Shown one piece after another: positions 50,823-64,000 of a stretch of DNA of 64,000 bases (the stretch's first letter is position 1; each line of letters begins with the position of its first letter). The stretch comes from Octopus bimaculoides (lineage: Eukaryota). The position numbers and the translations under genes are program-made. The notes beneath the pieces were generated by a model. That model searched no databases. It was not told the DNA's origin and worked only from the letters and a program-made list of their open reading frames with translations. The stretch covers positions 19,800,322-19,864,321 of the forward strand of contig NC_069003.1 of NCBI RefSeq assembly GCF_001194135.2. The letters run 5' to 3'.

Positions 50823-51326
50823 ACACTTATCATATATATATATATNNNNNNNNNNNNNNNNNNNNNNNNNNNNNNNNNNNNNNNNNNNNNNNNNNNNNNN
50901 NNNNNNNNNNNNNNNNNNNNNNNNNNNNNNNNNNNNNNNNNNNNNNNNNNNNNNNNNNNNNNNNNNNNNNNNNNNNNNNNNNNNNNNNNNNNNNNNNNNN
51001 NNNNNNNNNNNNNNNNNNNNNNNNNNNNNNNNNNNNNNNNNNNNNNNNNNNNNNNNNNNNNNNNNNNNNNNNNNNNNNNNNNNNNNNNNNNNNNNNNNNN
51101 NNNNNNNNNNNNNNNNNNNNNNNNNNNNNNNNNNNNNNNNNNNNNNNNNNNNNNNNNNNNNNNNNNNNNNNNNNNNNNNNNNNNNNNNNNNNNNNNNNNN
51201 NNNNNNNNNNNNNNNNNNNNNNNNNNNNNNNNNNNNNNNNNNNNNNNNNNNNNNNNNNNNNNNNNNNNNNNNNNNNNNNNNNNNNNNNNNNNNNNNNNNN
51301 NNNNNNNNNNNNNNNNNATATATATT

Positions 51327-51357
<31 letters not shown>

Positions 51358-51572
51358 ATATATATGAAACAAAGTTGTTTAACTGTGACAGATGTACTGA
51401 AGTTAATAAAATTGACTGAAACCCTTAGAGGTGATGCCCTCAATGTAGCTGCAGTCCAATGACTGTAACAGTAATTTGAGAAAGAACTACTGTAGAAGCA
51501 GGAAAAAAAGAAAGAAAAAGGTGTAGCACTTAAGCTTCTAGTGTAGTAGATTTTGACAAATTTAGAACTTTA

Positions 51573-51613
<41 letters not shown>

Positions 51614-52902
51614 GTGCGTGCGTGCAAGCAGGTATACGAGTTCATGAGTGTGAAATTATTATCTTCTTTTTTTTTTATTGAAATCTATAATTTTTGTAAA
51701 TCAATATGAAAACCAATAATGTCCGATGTGTTTGATTCTTCCCTCGGCCACCCCCATCACTACTTCCTGTTGACTTCAACGTCCTTTTACAAGTACATGC
51801 ATACACACACACACACATACACACAAACTAATTAAGAAACGAAACAGCTGATAACTAGAAGCTAAATCTACTTTCTTCAAGCTATACTTCTGAGATGTCT
51901 GCAAGCAGCAATTTCATCAACGCCATATTAAAAGTGAAGAATACACCCAAAACTAGAGTTAATAACAAACATTGATCTTTTATTGGATTTTCAAATTATA
52001 ATAATAACAATATTTCATTCTTTTTATCTATATTATATGATTTATACCGCATAGCTTTACTGTATAATTATTCACATTCATCATCTGTTATTGCTAAAGA
52101 CACACACACACACACACATTCACACACACACACACACATTCACACACACACACACATTCACACACACACACACACATTCACACACACACANNNNNNNNNN
52201 GACACACACACACACACACATTCACACACACACACACACATTCACACACACACACACATGTATCCATATATATATACACATAAAACAAGTGCAGGCATGG
52301 ACACGTGCTTAAGAAATTTGCTTTGCAGCTATGTGGCTTTGAGTAGAGTTTCATTGTAGTGGGGCCTTGAGCAACTGTCTTCTGCAAAAACACCAGGCTG
52401 ACCAGTGCCTTGTGAATGGAACTGTTAGATGGAAACCCTTTGGAATCTCATTTTGTGTATTAATATGTATATACATGTATATATGCGAATGTGTATGTAT
52501 GCATGTGGATGCATGCAAATGCATTTTTGTACATGAATGATGACTCCACATTCTAGCTTATCACTGCCTAAACAAAATGGTAATATGATGCTTGCATTCC
52601 TTGTTGACATTACAACCAGTCACTCAGCACTTTCAAAGACAAGTGGAATAAATATACTTGTTTGTTTTATTCTTTTACACATTTCAGTCATTTGACTGTG
52701 GCCATGCTGGAGTACCACCTTCAAGGATTTTAGTCGAAGAAATTGTCCTCAAGACTTATTTTTTATAAGCCTGGTACTTGTTCTATCGATCCCTTTTGCT
52801 GAAATGCTAAATTACGGGGACATAAACACACCAACATCAGTTGTCAAGCAATGGTGGGGGGATAAACACAAAGATACACATATAAATAAACAAATATATA
52901 TA

Positions 52903-52952
<50 letters not shown>

Positions 52953-52959
<7 letters not shown>

Positions 52960-54281
52960 AGGTAGAGAGGACGAATGTTTTTGAAATGGCAATTACTCAG
53001 CCCCAGAAGGAGGGACATATGTCTGACTGGTACCATTTGGTCCGTGGTGTCTTAGCATTGTTTTTTACTTTTCAGGTGAATCCATGGCACTGTGGACGAT
53101 AGAGCATCACATGTTTACCTACGACAGTTACGTGAAGAATAACAAGTCTGTCACTGCAGTTCATCATGAGTTTCGGTGCCACTTCAACATTTACTAAAAT
53201 CAGGCTGTTCCCACCCATAACACAATCTTACGTTGGGTGAATGCACTTCGTACATGAGGTACACTAATGAATAGATCAGTGGGGGCATCACATAGATCAG
53301 TATGGACTCCAGAAAATGTGGAATGCATCAGACAAGCTTTGATACAGAGTCCAAATCGCTCTGCTCAGAGGCATACCACTGAACTTGGCATCAGTAATCA
53401 ACCAGTAAGGCATATTTTGTATGAAGACCTGCAATTCCACCCATAAAAATTGGTCATTAGGCAACAGTTGAAACCATGGGACTGCATGCAGCAGCTTAAC
53501 TTCACATGTCGGATGGAAGCAATTTTTGAGGCAAATGACAACCTCATTTTGTTAATGAGTGAGGAAGCTCATTTCCATATCAATGACATAGTGAATCAAC
53601 AGAACTGTCATTATTGGGCTCTTGAAAATCCAAGAAAACTGCATGAAAGACCACTGCACAGCACAAAAGTAACAGTCTGGTGTGCTGTTGGAAAAGCTGC
53701 TGTCATTGGTCCTTACTTTTTTGAAGACAATAATGGAAATGCTGTTACTGTGAACTGCAAGTGTTACATCGAGATGATAAACAACTTCTTTGTATCTGAA
53801 TTACGATGATTCGACATGTGTAGTTTCAGCAGGATGGGGCGACGGCCCATATAACCAGAGCATCAATGGACATTCTTCACCCTCTCTTCAGTGACCACCT
53901 CCTTTCCAGGTTTACTGGCATTCCTTGGCCCCCCTCAGTCCCCTGATTTGTCCATGTGTGATAATATTTTGTGGGGAAACTTCAAGGTATGTGTCTATGT
54001 GCATAAGCCCTGTACATTGGATGATTTGAAGGAAGCTATTCACATGGAAGTTGCCCAATTCAACAGAGCAATGCTGGAGAGAGTGAAGACCAACTTCCAA
54101 GAATGCCTTCAGAAATGCACCAATGAGAATGGACACCACTTGATGGATGTTGTTTTCTACACTTGATTTTGACAAATGCTAATTCAATATGAAAACATTG
54201 ATGTCAATAAAATCTGTTTGCAGCCAAAATTAATAATTTTGTGAATTTTTCCAAAATGTCTATCCTCTCTGTCCCACTCCG
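52953..54281 (+). mobile_element. Full-length (about 1.33 kb) inactivated Tc1/mariner of the DD41D (rosa-type) family
   Basis: Both TIRs (tagggtaaggtagagaggacgaatgtttttgaa / rc cggagtgggacagagaggatagacattttggaa) flanked by TA; transposase remnant inside. Confidence 0.9.
53084..54166 (+). pseudogene. DD41D transposase pseudogene
   Basis: LMSEEAHFHINDIVNQQNCHYWALENP..KVTVWCAV..IGPYFFED; FQQDGATAH...WPPQSPDLSMCD has 41 residues between the Asp residues after removing a +1 C in the run near 53930; several stops. Confidence 0.9.
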
Positions 54282-56359
54282 TATGTATATTAAGTTAAAT
54301 AGGTATCATTACTATTATTAATAATAATAATGATAATAATAAAGTGGCTAGCAAGTTTACACCTTTAAAGGTAAAATATAAACAAATAAATTGCTCATTA
54401 TTAATGTCGTGGAAGCATTCAACTGTAAGAACACACATAGTGTAATGTGATGAATATTTCAGAAATAGATGTTTTTGCGTTAAATCTGGCTGATGAGATT
54501 AATGTTTTTCATACAAAAAGTAAAATCAATTGATCCAGGAATATACGCATTCCTTACTTCTGTAGTTCATACAAAGTAACCCTATTTTTGTTATGTTTGT
54601 TGCATTTGCTGTATGTATTTTAATAGTGAGTAATTTGTGGTTTTAGAGCGTTGGCTCTGTTTATAGCAAATGATATTTTAATACCCTACTGAATTTTGCT
54701 TATATATATATACATGACAGGCTTCTTTCAGTTTCCATCTAGCAAATTCACTCACAAGGCTTTGGTTGGCCCAAGGCTATAGAAGAAAACACTTGCCCAA
54801 GGTGCACACAGTAGGACTGAACCTGCAACCATGTGGTTGGGAAGCAAGCTCCTCACCACACAGCCCCTCCTGCACCTTGTTTATTTCAGAAGAAAAAAAA
54901 AATAAAGTTTGGTGACAAGAAGAGTATCCAGTCATAAAGTACCGTCTCAAATAAGTATCTGTCCAACCCATGTTAACATACAAAAACTGATGTTAGATGA
55001 ACAAACATTAGTAGTGCCACAAACTCTTATTTTTTACTACTTCAGTCATTAGGAGGAATAGCTCACCTTTGAGGGTTTTAGTCAATCTTATCAATTCACA
55101 GTGCTTATTTCAGTTTGGTATTTATTTTATTGATTACTTTTCATCAAACTGCTAAGTTGCATGACATAAAGGGATACAACATAAATAACACTGGTATTTT
55201 AGACCCATCCACCACCATCGCTATCTTTCTCTCCCTTCTTTTTCAATTCCAGTTGTCTACCTAACACCTTAAACAGCATCTGGGTTTGTGACCTATAACC
55301 TAGTTGTGTGATGAATTTAAAAATAAAATGAATTGCTAAAATATGTTCAAGACTTTAAAAAAGATAATAATAATAGTAGTCAGGTGTTGGTATGATTAAC
55401 TATAGAACCTTTCAAGGCTGCCCCAGACTGGCTGTAGTTGAGTGAATGAAACAAGAGTAAAAGAATAAGCCTTAAGCAGAATGGAGTTTTTAGATTAGAA
55501 GTATGTAAACAGGAAGAATGGTGAAATAAAGTTCCCTAATGAAAGAAACAAGGTGTGATTATTGTTTAGCCTCAGGTTAGCCCTTACTGATCAAACTCAT
55601 GATCAAATACATTCCAGTTCTATCTACTCATTCCAGTCCTGACTATTCACTCATATTTTACTCAATGTATCTAAAATCAATGACAATCCAGTTCTGATCA
55701 TCCACTCATATTTTATTCAGTGTTTCTGAGACTAAAGAAAATCTGGACATTACTCAGTGTATCTAAGATCAAAGACACTTCAGCCACGACTGTCCTATCT
55801 TATATAGTGTTATCTAGGACTGTATTATTCAATTTCTCCTCCATTTTTCCCACTGAAGGAGTTTTATATTTTACATTGTATGTCTTTACAAGTTGTACGA
55901 ATTCTGAATCATCATAATGACTAAGTCTCTTAGCATTAAGTTCAAAAAGAAAATTGATTTATTATCAGATTTTCATGAGTGGATGGTCAGATCAATAGGG
56001 TGGTGGACAATTAGCAGAGAGATCAGTGCTGTATATTCAGCATTTGTACTGTATCCATGGCCAACCAAGGTACTTTACTTACAAATAGATGACAGAAATT
56101 AGATACACAAGAATGGGGGAGAAAAAAAAAACTTACTGCCAATAGCAGTGGCATTGTGAAATTGATAAGTGGTTTGTTGTTAGTAGTGTTTGAGTTCAAT
56201 TCTTCCTGGGTAACCTAGAAAACAGAACTAGATCCTACTGGTCATACTAAGGAATCAGTAAGGCTTATCACCTATTCATATTCTACCAGCTGAGAAAAAT
56301 CTGCATTCTTGCAATCATCTGACAGCAAGTTGACACAAACGTTAGAGTATTGGAGTAAA

Positions 56360-56790
56360 AGGCCTTGCACTTTACATCCCGAGTTCAAATCCTACTGAGG
56401 TTAGCTGTGCCTTTCATCCCACTGAAGTCAATAAGGTACAGTACCACTCAAGTAGTAGAGTTCATGGTATTGACTAACTCTCTCACCATAGAAATTGTTA
56501 GCCTTGTACCTAAATTAGGAACAATTATTATTTGGAGCAGTGAAAAAAAATGCCTTGCAGTATTTGTTCTGGCTCTTTACATCCTGAGTTCAATTCTGCC
56601 AAAGTCAACTTTGCCTTTCATCCTTCTGGGACCAATAAATAAAGTACCTGTCAAGTACTAGGGGTGATAAAAACAATTACGAATCAAGTACAGGTGGGTG
56701 AAAAGTAAAGTACCAACCAAGTACTGGAAGTAATAAAGTACCTGTCAGGTACTGGGATCAATGTAACTGACTAACTCCCTCCCTTCATTA
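56360..56790 (+). mobile_element. Tandem SINE family B copies with a reiterated aaagtacc..caagtact motif
   Basis: Consensus match; the motif is repeated 3-4 times at 56640-56760. Confidence 0.65.
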
Positions 56791-59700
56791 TTACTTTCTT
56801 TTTCACTGTTTCATGAAAACTTTCAAGTGCTAATCTGCAAATCATAAAAGAGACTGATACTGAGCATTTCTTTCTTTCTTTCTTCTAGTATTTCTGTATT
56901 TCTGTTATTGTCCAGATCACATTATTATAGAATGACAGCGCAACAATAGAAACAGCTGTAAAGAACTTCCTGATTCTCCTTATGATATAATAGACCAACA
57001 TTAAGTTACCCACTCAGACATTCCATTCATTAGTCAAAATGGAAAGAAGAAAGAAGGAAAAGAAAAGAAAAAAAAACAATACCACTCTATGAACTGGAAA
57101 ATGTATCTGTATTCATATTAATTAACATTCATTAATATTTCATCTTATAGAATTAACAAAATTTGAAATTTATCACCTTGACAGAGGAGGGTCAAATTTA
57201 CTTAATCTGTATTAAACAAAATCAAAACAAATTAAAAAAAAAAAAATAAATAAAAAGAAATTTTCTTTTTTATAAATTACACAATTTAAAGTTTAATGGA
57301 GAAGAACAACAACATTAATGTAGTTAATAATTGCATTTTAAATTATTATTGATTTGAATTATTACATTTGAAGACTCCAGTATCTCCAGTTTGGCATTAT
57401 CATTATTTTATCATTTCTGCTGTGATTATTCTTCAATGCCTGGAATTTGTTAAATTGATCTCTATGTATTGACTTTACAGAGGTTGAGAGCTGGGTGGTG
57501 ATATATTGTAGCCCAACCATCTTCCTTTCCTTTCGGAAGCAGAAAACAAGAGTTCAACCAACCCAGCTACTGCCTTAAAACCCACATTCCATATGTAGTT
57601 GAAAAATTCAGGTTGCCACCATTAAAAATGGTTTAATGAAAGATAAATTTGAGAAAGATGTAAAGATGCTGCAGTAAAGATAAGTAGATGTATGTTATGT
57701 ATAAAAGGTACCATATTTTCCAGCATACAAGTCGATGTAGTATAATAGTGTAAACATGCAAACATTGTCACTATCTTCCCAAATCATGCAGTATTTCACA
57801 TGAAATTTTTTGGTCCTCCAAAGTCATTTTGATGAATTCCAGCATTACATAATCATATTTTAAAGTAAGACTTAGATGGAAAATGTTTAAAAGTTTCAAA
57901 TAGACCAGGTTTCTCTTATTTATATCTCCTTTGATTAAAACTCCTTTGATTTATATCTCAAAACCCAAGCTAGGATAACCATTTATCCAAGCAATGAGCT
58001 GTAAAACGTGGCATTAGATAATCACTCATTTTTGCCTGGATTTTCAAGGGATCAAGAGAATTTGATGTTTCCTGTTATTTTGCTTTTCATGATAAGACAA
58101 ACTGTCCTTGCAAGAATAAAGTAACATCAGTAAATTATTTTGTAATTGATTTTAGTACACTTTATCAAAAGCTGTGGACAAAAGAGCCGGTGTTACATAA
58201 TCACTTTTACTTTGTCACATGGTTACTTTTCTGAAACTGCACCAAAAATGAACTGACAGACATAAGCAAAAAATCAAAAAAGACATTTTTTCTGTTTGAT
58301 TCATGTCTAGAACTTTCAATAAAAGAACAAAGGAATTTTGCAATCTTATAGTTAAAATAAACCCGTGCTGAAATAATAGCTTTATACAGAAATATCTAAC
58401 CTAGAGAAAGTGGTTTTTGTATTACATAATCACATCATAGACCTGGTTTGTTAAAAGGGAAATACTTCAGATAGTTTAAATATATTTTTGAAAAACTTGA
58501 TGTATGCTCTTTCCTGTTGACTAATTACTTATACCCTTAAATATTACATAATACACTGCCACTAATTTGAAATTTTCTAAAGTTTTCTAAAAAAAAATTC
58601 CAGCTTAGAAAGAAAGGCCTCAGACAAAAAAGTCCCATAGAAAGACCCAAAATAATTTTTGGGAAGTAATTTCACAATTCTGAGGTTATTCAAAGACAAA
58701 CTCAGGAGAAAATGACATCAGAGTTAGTTTTGCTGCTAAGGTTGACAATCCTAAGGAATTCAGTTCTTGGTGTGTAATTGATTGACTTTTTTTCACTGTA
58801 ATTTGATTTGTATGTTAGAAAATACTGTACAATAGAGAGGAATCTCAGGTAAAGTCCTCATAGGCAAAAAACTCAAACACATATTCTTTTGGGATGGATG
58901 AAGTAGATATATTTTTGACAGAGAAATGGATAGAGGAATTAGGCAGTCAGAGTATGTGACAGAATAATTAAGTTTAGATAAGTCACGGGTGATATAACAA
59001 ATATTATCTCTGCATGTGCACCACAAACAAGACTGACTGATCAATGAAATAACTTGTTTCTAGTAGTCCTTCTAGCAAACTAACTTGATGACAAATAATA
59101 GCAACTTATCACGTTATCATAGCAGACAATTTAGGAGACTTTGAGACGCATGACAATCTGAACAAATACAGTATGGAAGCTAAAAGATTTTGGGGCTAGA
59201 CAAAGATTTAAATTAGTAGTAGTTGACACATTTTTCAATGTACTTTTTTCATCAACCTACACAAAAAATGAGAAGTTGACTTCAGTAGGATTTGATCTCG
59301 CACCACAGAAAGTCAGAACAAATACTGTGAAGCACTTCATCCAACACTTCTGAAACTCTACTAATTTACTGCTGTACTATTTAGGTAGTAATGGTCTATC
59401 TTAAAAATTTATGACATAAATACATTCTGATAGTGGCCACAAACAAGAGCTGCCAATGAGATTTTACAGGAAACTCCCAGATCAGGTTTGGGGGAAAAAA
59501 GAAACAGATTATAAAAATATCAAATTTAAATAGAAATATAAACATATAGCATCATTAAACATGAATGATTTGTTGGATGCACAAATGATGCATCAACCAC
59601 GTTGCTAGATCTGTACAGAAGAGATGATTACATTGATATGGATTTGTAATGTAAATGAATCATGCAAGCATTCAAATTGGTCTTGTATCAAAATGTGCTA

Positions 59701-59834
59701 TGTAATAAATAAATGGTAGAAGTTAGTAGTATTTTGAAGTAAAATAAGTATTAACATGGAAAGAAATTGTTTGGGAAGAATTTGGACAGATTTACAATCC
59801 AACATGTTTGTATTCATTTTGATTTTTTTCTCAG

Positions 59835-59879
59835 GTCATATCATACCTGAAACTAAAATATTAACAACTCCTGCTTATT
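59835..59879 (+). CDS. Candidate 45-nt symmetric exon (GHIIPETKILTTPAY)
   Basis: Acceptor ttcattttgatttttttctCAG, donor GTAAGC, open phase-1 frame; no family recognised. Confidence 0.25.
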
Positions 59880-60272
59880 GTAAGCTCTTTTGGTTCAAAA
59901 CCAACTTTTATAATATTCCTTTTTGTTTAAATATATTGTGTATGTATATAAATGTACACACACACACACACACGAATAAGCACACATAAACACACACACA
60001 CACAATACATATAAGCAGATATATACACAAACATGCAAAGATGTGCATGAATACTCACAGAAAAAGCTAAATATATATCTATATCTATCTATACACATAT
60101 ACACTCATGTACTGAGTTTTATTTCTCCTGTTTGTCCTACCAAACACACATAAAACAGGGAGCAGGATTACGATGGCTATATATTATTTATATTTCTGAG
60201 TATTATTAACAATGACTATCCCAGCTTTTACTAAAACTGTCAAGTATCTATCTATCTAGCTATCTATCTATC

Positions 60273-60326
<54 letters not shown>

Positions 60327-61060
60327 GCACATACATAACAGTTAAATAATTAAATAACAGGCATAAAACAAAATTTATTTGATTCATGTAATAAAAACAT
60401 AAAAGAAAGCAGAGCCTCAAACACTGTAGATATCCAGAAACAATAGTTAATCACTTCACTAACAATCTCTATTGTTTTTCATGTCAAACATAACATTATT
60501 GTGTTTCTGTGATATATTACAGATATGCATCAAATAAAACTTGCCTTCTTGCCTACCACCACCACCACCACCATCACCACCTGCCTCCTTCAATTACAAC
60601 TCTCAGACACTAATAATGTATTTAAAACATAAATAGAATAAAATAAAATAAAAATTAAATAAAATCAAAATGAAATACTAAATTATTCCCTTTCTAATCA
60701 TCTTCTCTAGTCACAAAGCATGCACAGATAAAAACATTTAGCTTTCAGAAACACTAGAGTCGGGGAGATTAAGATGAGAATTATAAAATGTAACTTTCTG
60801 TGGAGAACTGGTAAGCTGATCTAGTCCAACTAACCAACCAATGATCTGGCAACACCAAAATAAGGTGAGCTTGATGATAATTTTCTTTTATTTTATTATT
60901 TATTTATTTTATATATCTCGATTTTTTTTTTTTTTAAACCAAAAAGAATCACAAACAAGTAACTGAAATACAAAACAGACCAACATTGAAATAGTTGCAT
61001 GCCAAAACTTGTGCAGTCTAGCTCACTAATACGATCCAACTACTTAGAGCACAGGCTTAC

Positions 61061-61123
61061 TACAGTTAGATGAAATATCCAGATGGAGATGCAGTTTATT
61101 GATTTCTGGGGGATGATATTCAA
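61061..61123 (-). CDS. Candidate 63-nt symmetric exon (EYHPPEINKLHLHLDISSNC or LNIIPQKSINCISIWIFHLTV)
   Basis: Acceptor cacatttgtttcctAG, donor GTAAGC, two open frames. Confidence 0.2.
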
Positions 61124-61197
61124 CTAGGAAACAAATGTGTGCCTGAAGAATTTCAATGTGGCAAGGTCATTTCGCATGCTTAATCCTATTCTCAGAG

Positions 61198-61254
<57 letters not shown>

Positions 61255-61330
61255 NNNNNNNNNNNNNNNNNNNNNNNNNNNNNNNNNNNNNNNNNNNNNN
61301 NNNNNNNNNNNNNNNNNNNNNNNNNNNNNN

Positions 61331-61391
<61 letters not shown>

Positions 61392-62349
61392 GACAAAGAG
61401 AAGGGGAATGAGAGTGGTGGGGAGGAGTAGATCCCATTGCATGGATCATTGTTTAAGTCTTATCTCCCTGGTTACAGATACTTTTCAGCTGTCTCAAAGA
61501 AGGTGTTAGTCTCATGTCAGAGTTTTAAGTATTGGATAATCATCTGACTGTGCTACAAGATAATTGCTTTGAACTTTTATTTATTTTATATTTGTTTATG
61601 ATTCCCTATCATGTTATTTAGACATCTTTCTCTCTTTCTTGTTTCAATATGGACCTACACCTTTTAGCGATATGGCATGATCCAGTGAGGGTGTTTTCAT
61701 TCAGTAGCTCAACCTATTAGAAACAGCAGCTAAATCTACCCAAAATTACACACTACCATCTTTAAAGAAAAGAACATATTGGACAGTGTTGTTCAAGATA
61801 CACAATGCCTGAAAAGAAACTAAGTAAACTGGGGTGCTCGTGACCTTTGATCATATTTTCTCAACCAGGGCTGACTTAGAGTTAAATAACAACAGCAGCA
61901 GAAATATAGCACAAACCCATTTTTCTCCATAAAAATAAATAATTGTAAAACTATTCCTTTACCCATCTTTTTGAGAATCACACTTTCAATCATTCATTCA
62001 TTTTATATTGATTTTTTTTTTATGCCAGCATGGATGAGATGAATACATTTTACCCAGGTACTGTTTTTATAGATGGAAACCTTTTCTGTTGTTAACCATT
62101 CATTGTGTTGACAGTACAGTGCTAACAGATGGTTTGTTGATAGGGAATGTGACAAGAAACTTAATTAGAAGTTCAAGGTTTTTTTTCATGCTAAGCACAT
62201 AGAATATAAATATTCAGACACATACATACACATATATACATACACAAATGTATACATACACTAACACGTAATATATATATATATATATTTATTCAGCAGA
62301 GACGAATCTTTTTTCAAAGCTTTTGATGGCATTAAGAATACATACATAT

Positions 62350-62645
62350 CTTTTATTTGTTTCAGCGACCATGCTGGGGCATGACCTTGAAAAGTTTTTA
62401 GTAAAATGAATCAACCCCACTACTTACTTTTGTTTATTAAATCTGGTACTTATTCTATCACTCTCTTTTGCTAAACTGCTAAGTTACAATACCAACGCTG
62501 GATGTCAAGAAGGGAGGTGGGGACAAATAGACACAGACACACACACACACCACAATAGGTTTCTTTCAGTTTCTGTCTATCAAATTCACTGACAAGGCAT
62601 TGGTTGGCCTGACACTACAGTAGAAGACATTTGCCAAGGGTGCAA
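62350..62645 (-). mobile_element. SINE family A, degenerate
   Basis: Reverse complement match of tail and body. Confidence 0.65.
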
Positions 62646-62864
62646 GAAAGGACAGTGAGGAGTGAAAAAAGGGACCAAACTCATTTTAGATGGAAATGGG
62701 AAAAGATTCAAGAATTTTAGTCCACCTGGAGGTGTGTACAGGGTTAAAAATAAAACCCTATAATATATTATTGAAGAGATATCCACTTGATCACTGTTGT
62801 CATCATCATCATCATCATCATGAAAGTGAAGACATAAATTCTTTACAATATTCTACATGCATAA

Positions 62865-63203
62865 TCTGGCAGAATTGTCAGCATGCCAGGCAAAATGCTT
62901 AGCCCTATTTCATCTGTCTTTATGTTCTGAGTTCAAATTCCACTGAGGTCAACTCTATCTTTCATTCTTTCAGGGTTGATAAAATAAGTATCAGTTGAAC
63001 ACCAGGGTTGATGTAATCGACTTACCCAACTCTCCAAAATTGCTGGAGTGGCTGGCATTAGAAAGGACATTCAGCCTTAGAAACCAAGCTAAAAACAGAC
63101 TGAAACTTGGTGCAGCTCTCTGGCATATCATTTCCAGGCAAACCATCTAATCCATGCCAGCATAGAAAACAGATGCTAGATGATGATGATGATGATGATG
63201 ATG
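62865..63203 (+). mobile_element. SINE family B joined to the RTE-type tail module with (GAT)n tail
   Basis: ctggcagaattgtcagcatgccaggcaaaatgcttag...then ggcattagaaaggacattcagcc..catgccagcatagaaaacagatg(tga)n. Confidence 0.7.
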
Positions 63204-63952
63204 TTGAATATTCTACATGCAAGTTTTATTTCTAATGCTATATGCTATCATCACCAAAAATTGATTTACAAAGATTAAAATTTTCTAAGCCTAATTATAG
63301 ATGAAGGTTAACATTTAACTCTTTCACTTTAGGAAGACCTGGAGCAGTATCACTTAATGCTTATCAGAAGAAACCTTTCTAAGATGATTACAGCTAGAGT
63401 AGAGAGAAGTTCACCACATCTGTATAAGAACTGAAAATATAAAAAGCCAGAACTAAATGTGGCTAAGTATTTTAGTCAAATATTCTAATGATTCTGTCAA
63501 TATACAACTTGGACTACTAATTTATTTTATTGATCCTGGAAGAACGGAAGGGAAATTTGATCTTGGCAAGATTTGAACTTAAAACATAATAAGCCAGAAC
63601 AAACACCACAAAGCATTGTTTAATGCTCTCATGATTCTGCCAATATACCACCTAGATTATTATTTCATTTTCTTGACCCCTGGATGTTAAACTAATTTGG
63701 CAGGATTTGAACTTAAAACATAGAGCCAAGACAAATATCATAAACCATTTTTGTCTGATACTAATAATTCTGACAATCCACCATTATTTAAATTCATGAC
63801 AAAATAAAGATATAATCAATTCAAAACTTTTACTACAAGATGGGCTTCCTAAAGAGAAGCCCATCTTGGGTGGGTTCGTTTATTTCTATAAATTAAGAAT
63901 GGACTTTGTTATGGTACGTATAAACATTTACAGATTATATTCAGGTTAGTTT

Positions 63953-63993
<41 letters not shown>

Positions 63994-64000
63994 CCATTGA

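Noticed and set aside
52091-52260. 18-bp (CA)nCATT tandem array on both sides of a 10-N gap
   Set aside because: Near-identical sequence on either side of a nominal gap suggests an assembly overlap artefact; copy number is unreliable.

Overview
Eukaryotic, AT-rich, microsatellite- and transposon-dense DNA. The SINE/LINE repertoire resembles what I recall from Octopus (cephalopod) genomes; this is an inference, no search was run. There are 7 N-gaps (649-1360, 11669-11793, 21982-22081, 34480-34605, 50846-51317, 52191-52200, 61255-61330). No intact multi-exon host gene can be named, and almost every ORF in the supplied track comes from microsatellites, gaps or decayed transposons. Recognisable elements: R4/Dong-type LINE fragments, RTE LINE 3' ends, a Gypsy integrase/LTR remnant, an ORF1-only zinc-knuckle retroelement, a full-length dead DD41D and a partial DD37D (maT) Tc1/mariner, mariner, hAT and piggyBac-type MITEs, and dozens of tRNA-derived SINEs. 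The window reads like a long intron or gene desert, and by eye the + strand is A-rich, which hints at minus-strand transcription. The most interesting leads: (1) a textbook recursive-splice-site signature on the minus strand at 34789-34824, followed by a 74-nt stop-containing RS-exon; (2) a head-to-tail chain of nine SINEs separated by (ATT)n tails; (3) an ORF1-only (HAL1-like) element; (4) two foldback structures; (5) candidate 6- and 9-nt microexons. All splice-based calls are motif-only and need RNA evidence. No rRNA, intact tRNA gene or CRISPR array is supported. Repeat boundaries are approximate.
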